A program made the position numbers and the translations under genes. Positions 19,045 through 29,519 of a stretch of DNA of 64,000 nt are shown one piece after another. The notes under the pieces are model-generated. The model was not told the DNA's origin. It was given only the letters and a program-made list of their open reading frames with translations, and did no database searches. Position 1 is the first letter of the stretch. Every line of letters begins with the position of its first letter. Source of the DNA: Limisphaerales bacterium (GTDB taxonomy: Bacteria; Verrucomicrobiota; Verrucomicrobiia; Limisphaerales; JAJOIW01); contig CBFHOE010000007.1 in the NCBI GenBank assembly GCA_965657355.1, positions 1 through 64,000 of the forward strand, given 5' to 3'.

Positions 19045-20880
19045 GTGTCTAAAAAAGATAACGCTCCCAAAACGTTAAAAGGGTTCACAATCGTAGTTAT
19101 TCTCGCAGCGGTGGGATATTTCTTATTTCCGCGCAACGGAGATGCCGACAGCGTCACGTTCAAAGCAATCCGCGGCCCCATGAATATAAGTGTTATCGAA
19201 GGTGGCACCATCGAAGCGACTCAATCACAGGTGATCAAGTCGCAAGTGGAGGGTAGAGAAGGGGTCACTATTTTGAAATTAATCGAAGAGGGATACCAAG
19301 TAACTGAGGATGACGTCGCAGAGGGACTGGTTTTAGTGGAATTAGATTCCTCTCTTATAGTTGAAAGAATCAGATCTCAGGAAACCGAAGTCCAAGGTGA
19401 GCTAGCCAATGTGATGGAATACGTGAAGCAGCGCGAGATAAGAGAAAGCAAAAACATAAGCAGTATAAAAACAGCTAGTGTTCAAGCTAAATTCGCCAAG
19501 ATGGACTTCATGAAATATTTAGGTGAGGCTGCCGCCGAAAAAATTCTTAAAGAAATCGGACTGACAGAGGAAACAGTAGACGCTGCAGCCGATGAAGCTG
19601 CAGCAAGCGGAATGTCCATGTTTTCTAATAGTCTTCTTGAAGCAGCAAATACTAATGCCGATGGGAAATCCGAGGCAGCCTTGCTCGGCGGCCTAGATGA
19701 TGCATCTACCCTCGTCGAGAACTGGGAAGCCACCAACGAAAAAGACCTTTTACCTGAAATTCGTGATTTTAATGTGGACTTCAGTGTCTTCACACAAGAT
19801 GGGAATGAAGAATTACTTGGGGATGGAGACGCCCGGCAAGAACTCAGAAAACTCAAAGATGCTGTCCTCATTGCTGAGGCTGAATTTGCACTGACAAAAA
19901 AAACATACGAGGGGGGTATCCGACTCGCAGAAAAAGGTTTCATGACGCCAAATGAACTGCAGAATAAAAAAATAGAATTCGAGAAAAGTAAAAATTCTGT
20001 AGCATCAGCAAAGGCAAACCTTGACCTTTTCAAAACTTACAGCATACAGAAAGAAGCGGAACAATATCTCCTAGGCTATGAACAAGCATTGATGACGCTA
20101 AGTCGAGCCAAAAAAGACGCCATAGCGGAGATGGCGGATAGTGTTGGCGACCTTAATCGTGCACAAAGGGGTTATCGATGGGAGAAATGGCAACTTGATG
20201 ACTTGAGACGGCAATATGCAGCCTGCACAATCAAAGCTGAAAGGCCTGGTCTCGTTGTTTATGGCGACGGAAGAGACAGATGGGCACCCGATGAAGTCAT
20301 CAGGGAAGGTGTAAAAGTTCGACAACGCCAGGCCATAATAACAATTCCCGACATGCGCCATATGGCGGTAAAAGTCCGTATTCATGAGTCACAAGTCAAA
20401 AGAGTAAAAAATGGAATGCCTGTGGAAATAAAGATTGAAGCTGAGCCGAGCAAAAGACTTACGGGGATTGTAAGTAGCGTCGGGGTTTTGCCAGATTCTG
20501 AAAACAGAAGGTTTAATCCAGACCAGAAAGTTTATAAGACAACGATTGAAATTGATGGTGTCCATGAGTGGATTAAACCAGGTATGGCAGCTGAAGCAGA
20601 TATTAGCATAAATGTTTTAGAAAATGTTGTTCAGGTTCCATTACAATCTATTTATAACCACAAAGGGGTTAATTATTGCTGCGTTGATACATCCTCCGGA
20701 ATTGAAGTCCGAAAAATTGAGGTTGAGGATTACAACAATCGCTTTGCCGCTATAAAATCCGGATTAAAGGAGGGTGAGATCGTGCACCTGCAGCGACCGC
20801 AGAATTTGGATTTAAGCAAACTGGAAGAAATACCAGAGTCTGTGATAGATGAACCCACCCAGGTGACTAAAGTAGAATAA
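19045..20880 (+). CDS. Periplasmic adaptor (MacA/HlyD-like) of a tripartite exporter
   Basis: N-terminal TM, lipoyl half-motifs (IEEGYQV...LVELD; TIKAERPGLVVY), KPGMAA, VPLQSI, GLKEGE. GTG start. Confidence 0.88.
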   Translation: MSKKDNAPKTLKGFTIVVILAAVGYFLFPRNGDADSVTFKAIRGPMNISVIEGGTIEATQSQVIKSQVEGREGVTILKLIEEGYQVTEDDVAEGLVLVELDSSLIVERIRSQETEVQGELANVMEYVKQREIRESKNISSIKTASVQAKFAKMDFMKYLGEAAAEKILKEIGLTEETVDAAADEAAASGMSMFSNSLLEAANTNADGKSEAALLGGLDDASTLVENWEATNEKDLLPEIRDFNVDFSVFTQDGNEELLGDGDARQELRKLKDAVLIAEAEFALTKKTYEGGIRLAEKGFMTPNELQNKKIEFEKSKNSVASAKANLDLFKTYSIQKEAEQYLLGYEQALMTLSRAKKDAIAEMADSVGDLNRAQRGYRWEKWQLDDLRRQYAACTIKAERPGLVVYGDGRDRWAPDEVIREGVKVRQRQAIITIPDMRHMAVKVRIHESQVKRVKNGMPVEIKIEAEPSKRLTGIVSSVGVLPDSENRRFNPDQKVYKTTIEIDGVHEWIKPGMAAEADISINVLENVVQVPLQSIYNHKGVNYCCVDTSSGIEVRKIEVEDYNNRFAAIKSGLKEGEIVHLQRPQNLDLSKLEEIPESVIDEPTQVTKVE

Positions 20881-20892
20881 GATTTTATTCCG

Positions 20893-22209
20893 ATGCTTCC
20901 GAACTTCATCTCGAAGCTATCCCACACCATAAAACTCGGGATAAAAAGTTTGATGCTTCACCGCCTGCGCTCGATTCTTACAACCTTAGGAATGGTCTTC
21001 GGTGTGGCTTCAGTGATTGCAATGCTAGCTATTGGCGAGGGAGCCAATTATGAAGCAGATCAACAAATCCAAGAACTTGGGAGTCAAAACATCATCCTCC
21101 GCACAGTCAAACCGCCTGAGGAACAAGAGAAAAAACAGAGACAAGGTAGCTACATTATTCAATACGGGCTTACCTATGAAGATGTCTTAACCATCAGGGA
21201 AACCATCCAGGGCATTACTCTCGTCGTTGAGGATAGAAAGGAGAGAATGAAGGCTTACAATGACCGTCAAAACTTACTCATCGAGATGGTAGGCACCGTG
21301 CCCTGGTATGGAGAATTGAGGACGTTGCAAATCAGTGATGGTCGATTTCTTCTTGAGAGGGATTTGGCTGAAGACGCGCGAGTCTGTGTTATTGATGAAG
21401 AGCTGGTTAAAACACTTTTTCCCATTCACAAAGTGATAGGAAATACTATTAGGCTAGGCCGGCATTATTTTGAAGTCGTTGGAATTTTGGAAAAAAAGAA
21501 ATCTCAAAAACCGAAAAAAATTCAAACTGCAGCGACGGAAAATGATTCCCAGCTCGAGGAGTCAGAAGTCCCCCCTCGAGTATTTATACCTATCTCCTCA
21601 GCAAAAAAGTATTTTGGCGAAACTAATGTTAAGAGGATTGGATCTTTTTTCCAAGCTGAAGCAGTTGAGCTCCATGAAGTCACATTGAGGGTTGAAGAGC
21701 TGAAAGAAGTAGAGAGTATAGCTGAAGCTATAAAAGCTCGTTTATCGACAACACACGACAAAAATGATTTTGAAGTCGTTGTTCCATTAATGCTTATGAG
21801 GCAAGCCATGAGAACGAAGCGGATTTTTACGACGGTGCTAGGTTCAATAGCTGGCATATCCCTTCTTGTTGGAGGAATTGGAATCATGAATATCATGCTA
21901 GCTAGTGTCTCTGAAAGAACAAAAGAGATAGGTATTCGCCGGGCATTAGGTGCCACACAAAAAGATATACTTTCTCAATTCATGACTGAAACGACTGTTC
22001 TCGCCTGTGTTGGCGGCCTTTTAGGAGTATCACTGGGGATGATCATTCCTTGGGTAGTTGGCTCTGCCACAGACATGACAACGATTGTGACCTGGTGGTC
22101 ACCAATCCTTGCCTTTTCCGTTTCGGCAGCAACGGGACTATTATTCGGGATCTATCCAGCTAATCAGGCAGCTCAACTCAGTCCTGTAGAAGCGATCAGG
22201 TCGGAGTAA
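20893..22209 (+). CDS. MacB-type ABC permease (no fused ATPase)
   Basis: RSILTTLGMVFGVASVIAM; SLLVGGIGIMNIMLASVSERTKEIGIRRALGA; GIYPA...LSPVEAIRSE. Confidence 0.93.
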   Translation: MLPNFISKLSHTIKLGIKSLMLHRLRSILTTLGMVFGVASVIAMLAIGEGANYEADQQIQELGSQNIILRTVKPPEEQEKKQRQGSYIIQYGLTYEDVLTIRETIQGITLVVEDRKERMKAYNDRQNLLIEMVGTVPWYGELRTLQISDGRFLLERDLAEDARVCVIDEELVKTLFPIHKVIGNTIRLGRHYFEVVGILEKKKSQKPKKIQTAATENDSQLEESEVPPRVFIPISSAKKYFGETNVKRIGSFFQAEAVELHEVTLRVEELKEVESIAEAIKARLSTTHDKNDFEVVVPLMLMRQAMRTKRIFTTVLGSIAGISLLVGGIGIMNIMLASVSERTKEIGIRRALGATQKDILSQFMTETTVLACVGGLLGVSLGMIIPWVVGSATDMTTIVTWWSPILAFSVSAATGLLFGIYPANQAAQLSPVEAIRSE

Positions 22210-22280
22210 ATGATTTCTTTATATTTAGAGTTTAATGTAAGGGTTAGATTATAAGATTATCAAATTAGATTGCGAGTCAG

Positions 22281-23981
22281 GTGACGAAAAGTTCCATAAA
22301 ATTATTAGATAAATTTGGCCTAGCGGTGATGGTGGCATTTACCTTTATTGTCGGATTATCGGGATGCTCAACGAGCGATTATAAGCGCAGAGCAGATAGA
22401 GAGGCCGCGCAGTTGATAGCTGAAAAATCTCCGTCTGTTCCTAATATGGATCCTGATTTTGAATTGGTTGATTTAGATCCCGTAGTCCTCGATGCGCTCC
22501 CTGAATTTACAAAACGGGAGGTTTTTCTTGGCCCAACAGGTGAGTCGGAGATTGGAGCCAGAGTAATCTCACTAGAAAAAGCTATCGAATTTGCGACGAT
22601 GTATAATCGAAATTATTTAACTCAAAAAGAGGACCTCTACCTTCAAGCGCTGGACCTTTCTCTGGCACGTTTTGAATATACCCCGATATTTGGCAGTGGC
22701 AGTTCAGTATCCTATGATGACCGACAGCGCATTGTTCAGGATACTCAGACCGGAATCGATCGTATCACGAGAGAAAAAACAGTCTCCAGCAGCTCTGGTA
22801 TTGGCTTTAATTGGCTCCTGCGAACTGGTGGGCGCATAGCTACAGACTTTACTACAGATTTTGTCAAATTTATCTCAGGCGATTCCAGTTGGGCAACTTC
22901 ATCTTCGCTTGGGGCTACTTTCAGTCAACCATTATTGCGAGGTGCTGGATATCGCATTGCCATTGAAAATTTAACCCAATCCGAGAGAAATCTCCTCTAC
23001 GCTTTGAGGGATTTCACCAGGTTCAGAAAGGAGTTCACCGTTGCCATTGTGTCGCGCTACTACGAAGTTTTACAAAATCGGGATCGGGCCAGGAATGCTT
23101 ATCAGGGTTATGAGAGTTTCAAGATAAGTGTTGAAAGAAGTGAAGCGCGGGCAGCCGAAGGTGAAACACCTCTTTCAGAGCTAAACCGATTGAAGGAATC
23201 TCAACTTTCAACTGAGCAAGGATGGATCAGTGCCATAAGGAATTATCAGCTCTCCAGAGATCGCTTCAAAATCGAACTCGGCATTTCAATGGACTCGAAT
23301 CTCGTTCTTGATGAAAAGGAATTGAATAATTTGGAAATTCACCATCCCAGCATTTCAGCAAAAGAGGCCATAATGGCCGCTGATAAAATGCGACTGGATC
23401 TTGAAAATGTTCGAGATAGGTTGGTCGATTCAGAACGAAAAATCAATGTTGCAGCAGATGGTCTTCAAGCAGATCTCAATGTCAATCTCTCAGGAAACAT
23501 CGCAAGCAGTCCAGGAAATGGATTAAGATTACCTGATCCCAAGCAAAGGTCCTGGGCTGCCTCACTGGGGCTCGACCTTCCCATCAACCGGAAAAGGGAA
23601 CGCAATAATTATCGATCAGCGCTGATTTCGTTTAATCGCGCTCAAAGACAATACGACCAGTTCGTCGACCAAATGAAACTCGATCTCCAAGATGGCTGGA
23701 GAAACTTGCAGCAAAGGAAAAGAGAATTTGAAATCAGTGAAATCAGAGTGGAGCTCAGTCGAAACCGAAGAGAAGAAGAATTACTAAAAAGAGAATTGGG
23801 CTTCGGACTGGCCCTCGACCTTGTGGATGCCCAAAACGACCTAATAAACTCCCAAAATGAAAGAACAAGCGCACTGGTGAGTCACACCATTGCAAGGCTT
23901 GGTTTTTGGAGGGACATGGGAATTTTATTTATAAAACAAAATGGCCAGTGGGAGGAACTCGAGTTCGAATCAATTCAATAA
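22281..23981 (+). CDS. TolC family outer-membrane efflux lipoprotein
   Basis: Lipobox LSGC; SQPLLRGAG and LDLPINRKRERN OEP-type repeats; operonic with adaptor and permease. Confidence 0.85.
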   Translation: MTKSSIKLLDKFGLAVMVAFTFIVGLSGCSTSDYKRRADREAAQLIAEKSPSVPNMDPDFELVDLDPVVLDALPEFTKREVFLGPTGESEIGARVISLEKAIEFATMYNRNYLTQKEDLYLQALDLSLARFEYTPIFGSGSSVSYDDRQRIVQDTQTGIDRITREKTVSSSSGIGFNWLLRTGGRIATDFTTDFVKFISGDSSWATSSSLGATFSQPLLRGAGYRIAIENLTQSERNLLYALRDFTRFRKEFTVAIVSRYYEVLQNRDRARNAYQGYESFKISVERSEARAAEGETPLSELNRLKESQLSTEQGWISAIRNYQLSRDRFKIELGISMDSNLVLDEKELNNLEIHHPSISAKEAIMAADKMRLDLENVRDRLVDSERKINVAADGLQADLNVNLSGNIASSPGNGLRLPDPKQRSWAASLGLDLPINRKRERNNYRSALISFNRAQRQYDQFVDQMKLDLQDGWRNLQQRKREFEISEIRVELSRNRREEELLKRELGFGLALDLVDAQNDLINSQNERTSALVSHTIARLGFWRDMGILFIKQNGQWEELEFESIQ

Positions 23982-24159
23982 GTCATTCTTGGCCAGAATT
24001 TTGGAGTTCCACCACCCTTCATCATTTTGTTAATTGTCCAGTCTTTCGTCAGTCATCCCACTAAACACGAGAAATCGTAAATAATGAGGCTTTGTATTGT
24101 TTCCAATTAGTCACTTGACCGGCATGGTGATTTCGTGTAATTCTTTATAAATACAGATG

Positions 24160-24224
24160 AAAAGTCGCTTTGTTCGGCGTCAGATGTAGTCGGATGTTCT
24201 CTGAACAGACCGGCTTTTTTATTT
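24160..24224 (+). promoter_or_regulatory. Terminator/attenuator-like hairpin in the nusA leader
   Basis: AAAAGTCG/CGGCTTTT and TTTGTTCGG/CTGAACAGA stems plus an inner CGTC/GATG stem, followed by T-rich sequence; ends about 25 nt before the nusA ATG. Confidence 0.6.
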
Positions 24225-24248
24225 CGTAATTTTAGCAGGAATAGGAAA

Positions 24249-25529
24249 ATGAGCCCACAAGACCTGATAGCAACATTAGATTACTTGGAAAAGGAAAAAG
24301 GTATTGATAAAGAATACCTCATTTCAGCAATAGAGGATGCCTTGGTCGCAGCCTCCAAAAAAGCTGTAGGCCCAGGGCGTGAATTGCGTTGTTCAATCAA
24401 TCCAAAGTCTGGCGAAATCAAAGCTTATGCCAAGCTAATCGTTGTCGAGAAGGTGGAAGATAAGCACGATGAAATTTCGGTGAATCGAGCCAGGGAAATC
24501 AACCCATATGCTGAAGTAGGCCAGGAAATTGAGGAGGAAGTTGACCCAGAAAGATTTGGTAGGATCGCTTCTCAATATGCTAAACAAGCCATTTCAACAG
24601 CAATTAAGCGAGCTGAGAAAATGATCATTTACACCCAATTTAAAGATAGAGTTGGGGAAATTGTCAGCGGTCAGGTAAGAAGATTTGAGAGATCAGATGT
24701 TGTAATAGATCTCGGTAAATTTGAAGCCATTCTCAGCAAACGAGAAAGAGTTCACAATGAGGACTATTCGATCGGCGAGACAGTGAGATGTTTTGTTAAA
24801 GCTGTAGAAAACCATCCGAACCACGGCCCGGAGATCATTTTGTCGAGATCAGACCCGAATTTCGTGATCAAGCTCTTCCAGGTTGAAGTAAGCGAGATCA
24901 GCGATGGAACAATCGAAATTAAAAATATAGCACGCGAGCCGGGATACAGGACCAAAATAGCGGTTCACTCCAATGATGACAAGGTTGACCCTGTGGGAGC
25001 ATGTGTAGGGATGCGAGGACAGAGGGTTAAAAACATTGTCAGAGAATTGAACAATGAAAAAGTGGACATAATCCGCTGGGATCCTGATATAAAGAAATTT
25101 CTAGCTAATGCCCTCCACCCAGCTCTCATTCACAATTTTAGGGCAGATCCAGATTCGAACAGAATCCAGATAGAGGTGGATGACGAACAATTTTCACTGG
25201 CAATAGGGAGACACGGGCAAAATATTCGTCTGACATCCAAATTGACAAAATGGAATGTGGACGTTCAACCAGTCCAAAGCTCAAATCCACAATTCGGGGA
25301 ACAGGTCCAAGAAGCTATCGATGCATTATCAAAAATCCCTGGAATTACGTCAGAAATCGCTCAACTTTTAGTAACATCTGGCTTCAACACATACGCCGCA
25401 TTAGCAGAATTTTCAGAAGAAGAATTAAAGTCAACTTTCGAAGAAATAGAGCCACTACAAGAGCACGCTAATACAATTATTCAAGCGGTTCAAAACGAAA
25501 CCGAACGCAGGAAACTGCTGGACGGCTGA
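24249..25529 (+). CDS. nusA: Transcription termination/antitermination factor NusA
   Basis: FGRIA, S1 domain, AREPGYRTKIAV, DPVGACVGMRGQRV, SLAIGRHGQNIRL. Confidence 0.98.
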   Translation: MSPQDLIATLDYLEKEKGIDKEYLISAIEDALVAASKKAVGPGRELRCSINPKSGEIKAYAKLIVVEKVEDKHDEISVNRAREINPYAEVGQEIEEEVDPERFGRIASQYAKQAISTAIKRAEKMIIYTQFKDRVGEIVSGQVRRFERSDVVIDLGKFEAILSKRERVHNEDYSIGETVRCFVKAVENHPNHGPEIILSRSDPNFVIKLFQVEVSEISDGTIEIKNIAREPGYRTKIAVHSNDDKVDPVGACVGMRGQRVKNIVRELNNEKVDIIRWDPDIKKFLANALHPALIHNFRADPDSNRIQIEVDDEQFSLAIGRHGQNIRLTSKLTKWNVDVQPVQSSNPQFGEQVQEAIDALSKIPGITSEIAQLLVTSGFNTYAALAEFSEEELKSTFEEIEPLQEHANTIIQAVQNETERRKLLDG

Positions 25530-25702
25530 AATTTATGTAAATTCAGTCATGTCCAGTCTACAATCCATTTATTTATGGCAGCATCAAGACTGCCACAAAA
25601 ATCAGTTTATTAATTTTCAGAAATTTGATTTATTAAAGAACCGCGATAATCCCGGTTGATGCCAGAAACGAACTGGCTTTTCCGCAATAGTATTTGGTTA
25701 AT

Positions 25703-28192
25703 ATGCCAGTCCGTATCTACGAAATAGCAAAAAAATTAGGGGTCGATAACAAATTAGTGCTGGCGAAAGCCAAGGACATGGGCATCCAGAATGCCAAGAC
25801 ACCCTCGAGCTCAGTCGACAAAATCACAGCGGAATATCTTGAAAAAGAGCTCTCTGCAGAATTTAAAAAAGCCAGCGAATCCCCTGAGAAAGAAAAAAAA
25901 CCAGCCTCAAAGACGACTAAGAAAAAAGCCGGTCCCAAGCTGATCTCAGATTCGGAGGAAAAACCAACTGGTGAAAAAGATAATTCAGACGAGGAAACCA
26001 AGACCTCAGATGAAGCCACGGCTGCATCAACCAATGAAGATTCGGATGAGAAGGCTAAACCAAAGGAACCAGCCAAGCCTCGGATTGGAGAAAAGATTGG
26101 CTTCATCAACCTGAGTCCAGGTTCAAGTCGTACTCGCCCTGAAAAAAAGAAAAAAGAAAAACCCGCCAAGAAAAAAGACGGGCCAGCTGGAAGGACATCT
26201 CCCGGTCACAGCAAAGATGCAAAAGCTCCAGCAGGTGGCCAACAGGACAGGTTCGGATCCAGAGACCGGGATAGGGGGCGTGGTCGTGATAGAGATAGGG
26301 GTGGAAGCCGTCAAGGTAATGACGGAGGTCGCCCTCGCCCAGACCGCGGTGACAGCAGACAAAAACAACAACCCAAAAAACCAAAATTTACAGCTTCTCC
26401 AGATGCCCCTCTTCTGACTATGAAGCCGCCTATCATGGTTCGTTCTTTGGCTGAAGAACTAAAGCTGAAGCCATTCCAGCTGATTAGCGATTTGATGCAG
26501 TTGGGTGTCTTTGCGAATGTGAGTCAAAGCATCGAAGAGGAAATTGCCGTTCAGGTATGCGCGAAGCACAATGTCCGCTTCGAGGTCGAAAAACGAGATA
26601 AAAGAAAAGGCTTTGTCCTAAGTAAGAAAAAGGTCGTTCTTGATAAGGAGGATAAAGCTGAAGACCTAAAAGCGAGAGCCCCCGTCATTACAATTATGGG
26701 GCACGTTGATCACGGTAAAACTACCCTGCTCGACTACATCAGAAAATCAAATGTTGTCGGCGGCGAAGATGGGGGCATTACTCAACATATAGGAGCGTAT
26801 ACGATTGAAGTTCCGAATCCAGAGAACGAAAAAGACCTGAAGCAAATCACTTTCTTGGATACACCTGGCCACGCGGCCTTCAGTGCCATGCGTGCTCGGG
26901 GAGCTGATGTTACAGACATTGTCATCTTAGTTTGTGCGGCTGACGATGGGATAATGCCTCAAACTCGTGAAGCTTTAAACCATGCGAAGGCAGCAGAGGT
27001 TCCCATCATTATTGCTGTGAACAAGTGTGATGCCCCAAACGCAAATTCACAAAAAGTCAGACAAGAATTCCAAGGTCTTGGCTTAGCCCCCGAAGAATGG
27101 GGTGGTGAGACTATTTTTGTAGATGTTTCAGCCCTCAAAGGTGACGGCGTCCAGAATTTATTATCCATGATTCTGCTCCAAGCAGAAATCATGGAGTTGA
27201 AAGCGAATCCCAATAGATCTGCGGTAGGAAACGTCGTTGAATCGGGTGTTGAGCAAGGTGGTCCAACTGCCACTGTGCTTGTCAGAAAAGGAACCCTTAA
27301 GCCAGGTGACGTCATGGTCTGTGGCACTAATTGGGGAAAAGTAAGAGCTCTAATAGGGCACGATGGATCACGCCTAAAATCGGCAGGGCCATCGTCCGCA
27401 GTCAAAGTTTTAGGACTGAATGGAGCACCCGAAGCGGGCACAGAATTTAATATTGTCAAAAAGGAACGGGAGGCTCGCAACTTAGTCGAAGAAAGGGAAG
27501 AGTCTGAAAAGAACAAAGTCGAAATCGCCAAGAAGAAAAAGACTTTGGAATCCTTTTTCCAGCAAATGCGCACTTCCGATGAGAAAATCTTGAATCTGAT
27601 CATAAAATCGGACACCCAGGGTTCGTTAGAAGCCATTGCAGACTCGCTGGATAAAATAGAATCCAATAAGGCCAGTGTGAAAATCATCCACAGTGGCGTA
27701 GGCAGCATCACCGAATCTGATATTCTTTTGGCATCAACTTCAGAGGCCATTGCCATTGGCTTTCATACCCGACTTGACTCTGGTGCCACTTCCCTGGCCA
27801 AACGGGAGGGCGTCCAAATCAAACAATATACAATCATCTATGAGCTCATGGATGAAGTTGAGGACGCCTTGACAGGCCTCCTTGAGCCCGAACTCAAAGA
27901 AATTGTTACAGGATCAGCAGAAGTTCGCCAGGTCTTTAACCTATCTAAGGGAGGGGCTGTAGCTGGCTGTTATGTCAAAGACGGTAAATTTAAAAAAGGA
28001 AAAGTCAGAGTCCTCAGGAAAGGTGAAAAAATCCATGAAGGAACAACTTCATCGCTGCGCAGATTCCAAGATGAAGTTAATGAGATAAGAAATGGTATGG
28101 AATGTGGTATTCGAATCTCCGATTTTGCACACTATGAAGAAGGAGATATTCTTGAAAGCTTCATTATTGAGAAAGTTGCTAGCAAGCTATAA
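25703..28192 (+). CDS. infB: Translation initiation factor IF-2
   Basis: [14 protein letters not shown]-domain; [40 protein letters not shown]. Confidence 0.98.
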   Translation: MPVRIYEIAKKLGVDNKLVLAKAKDMGIQNAKTPSSSVDKITAEYLEKELSAEFKKASESPEKEKKPASKTTKKKAGPKLISDSEEKPTGEKDNSDEETKTSDEATAASTNEDSDEKAKPKEPAKPRIGEKIGFINLSPGSSRTRPEKKKKEKPAKKKDGPAGRTSPGHSKDAKAPAGGQQDRFGSRDRDRGRGRDRDRGGSRQGNDGGRPRPDRGDSRQKQQPKKPKFTASPDAPLLTMKPPIMVRSLAEELKLKPFQLISDLMQLGVFANVSQSIEEEIAVQVCAKHNVRFEVEKRDKRKGFVLSKKKVVLDKEDKAEDLKARAPVITIMGHVDHGKTTLLDYIRKSNVVGGEDGGITQHIGAYTIEVPNPENEKDLKQITFLDTPGHAAFSAMRARGADVTDIVILVCAADDGIMPQTREALNHAKAAEVPIIIAVNKCDAPNANSQKVRQEFQGLGLAPEEWGGETIFVDVSALKGDGVQNLLSMILLQAEIMELKANPNRSAVGNVVESGVEQGGPTATVLVRKGTLKPGDVMVCGTNWGKVRALIGHDGSRLKSAGPSSAVKVLGLNGAPEAGTEFNIVKKEREARNLVEEREESEKNKVEIAKKKKTLESFFQQMRTSDEKILNLIIKSDTQGSLEAIADSLDKIESNKASVKIIHSGVGSITESDILLASTSEAIAIGFHTRLDSGATSLAKREGVQIKQYTIIYELMDEVEDALTGLLEPELKEIVTGSAEVRQVFNLSKGGAVAGCYVKDGKFKKGKVRVLRKGEKIHEGTTSSLRRFQDEVNEIRNGMECGIRISDFAHYEEGDILESFIIEKVASKL

Positions 28193-28281
28193 TACCCTTC
28201 TGTTTTTAGATTAAAAAAACGAACGCCATATAACTTTTACAATCAACATTCGAAATTTCGAGCTATATATCCATTGAAATC

Positions 28282-28659
28282 ATGGGAGCCAATCGTTTAG
28301 ATCGAGTTCGTGAAATGCTCAAGAGAGAGCTAGGAGAAATAATCCGGCAGCAGCTCCCTGTTGATCAAGTTGGGATTGTCACAGTCAACTACGTTGATGT
28401 TTCTTCGGATCTTCACTCAGCGGCGGTGTTTATTAGCACGATTGGCTCTTCCAGGCAAAGATCTGATTCACTCAAATTGCTAAGATCAAAAACAAAACTC
28501 ATTCAAGGTATTCTTGCTCGATCTATAGTTTTAAAACACAGTCCAAAACTAAAATTCTTTACCGATGAATCCATTGAAAAAGGTGATAAAGTTTTAGAAA
28601 TCCTTGATGAACTCGATAAGGAATCTTTGGAAGACACAAAGATGGATGACCTAGATTAG
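28282..28659 (+). CDS. rbfA: Ribosome-binding factor A
   Basis: RLDRVREMLKRELGEII, VDVSSDL, PKLKFFTDESIE; follows infB. Confidence 0.95.
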   Translation: MGANRLDRVREMLKRELGEIIRQQLPVDQVGIVTVNYVDVSSDLHSAAVFISTIGSSRQRSDSLKLLRSKTKLIQGILARSIVLKHSPKLKFFTDESIEKGDKVLEILDELDKESLEDTKMDDLD

Positions 28660-28737
28660 TTCAAAAAGCTTCGCACGATTTGATTTTAGTCCAGCCCAGA
28701 TAATCTATTCGATTCATCGACGATTTATATTTTCTGA

Positions 28738-29499
28738 ATGAAAGAACAACCACAGCTTAACGGTATTCTCCTGGTAGATAAGCCAAAGGATTTTACCTCG
28801 CACGATATAGTCAGTATCGCTAGAGGTGCACTTGGGACAAAAAAAGTTGGTCATTGTGGCACCCTGGATCCAAATGCGACTGGGCTACTTGTATTAGTAG
28901 TGGGAGTGGCGACAAAATTTTCGAATCAACTTACCGGCTCTGACAAGACATACCAAGGAATTATCAGACTAGGGATCGCAACAACCACATATGATAGTCA
29001 GGGGGAAATCACGGATGAGAAGGAAGTCCCGGATCTCAGCACTGACGAAATTCAATTACTCAGCAAGGAATTCACAGGCGAGATTTCTCAAATCCCACCC
29101 ATGGTTTCAGCAATAAAGAAAGATGGTGTTCCCTTATACAAATTGGCCCGCAAAGGTATGGAAGTTGAGCGAGAGCCTCGGATAGTCACAATAAGTAAAT
29201 TTGAAATACAAGATTTCAAATCTCCAGATATAACATTTGAAGTCGATTGCTCAAAAGGTACATATGTAAGGTCCTTGGCTTTTGACCTTGGTAAAATAAT
29301 AGGAACAGGTGCCCACCTTTTGGAACTGCGACGAACAAAGTCGGGTAAATTTAATGTCGCTGATGCTATAGACGGGAAAGAACTAAAAACAATACCTCGA
29401 GAAGAAGCCCGACAGAGATTGATAACAATCTCTGAGCTTCTGGAAATCTATACACCAGAGGAGCTTACTGGCAAAAGGCCGAAAACAACTGCTTTATAG
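28738..29499 (+). CDS. truB: tRNA pseudouridine(55) synthase
   Basis: KVGHCGTLDPNATG, QIPPMVSAIK, CSKGTYVRSL, LRRT. Confidence 0.97.
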   Translation: MKEQPQLNGILLVDKPKDFTSHDIVSIARGALGTKKVGHCGTLDPNATGLLVLVVGVATKFSNQLTGSDKTYQGIIRLGIATTTYDSQGEITDEKEVPDLSTDEIQLLSKEFTGEISQIPPMVSAIKKDGVPLYKLARKGMEVEREPRIVTISKFEIQDFKSPDITFEVDCSKGTYVRSLAFDLGKIIGTGAHLLELRRTKSGKFNVADAIDGKELKTIPREEARQRLITISELLEIYTPEELTGKRPKTTAL

Positions 29500-29519
29500 A
29501 TCCCAGATCAACAATTTCT

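Noticed and set aside
24196..24208. TGTTC-TCT-GAACA resembling the Verrucomicrobia LexA box
   Set aside because: The spacer is 3 nt, not 4, and the sequence is accounted for by the nusA leader hairpin.
26250..26360. [15 protein letters not shown] low-complexity segment
   Set aside because: Ordinary variable N-terminal linker of IF-2; not a DNA-level repeat.
26959..27756. 265-aa antisense ORF inside infB, and similar shadow ORFs (19482-20033, 21522-21956, 25717-26169, 36041-36514, 53645-54100)
   Set aside because: Each lies wholly antisense to a well-supported gene and has no recognisable motif.
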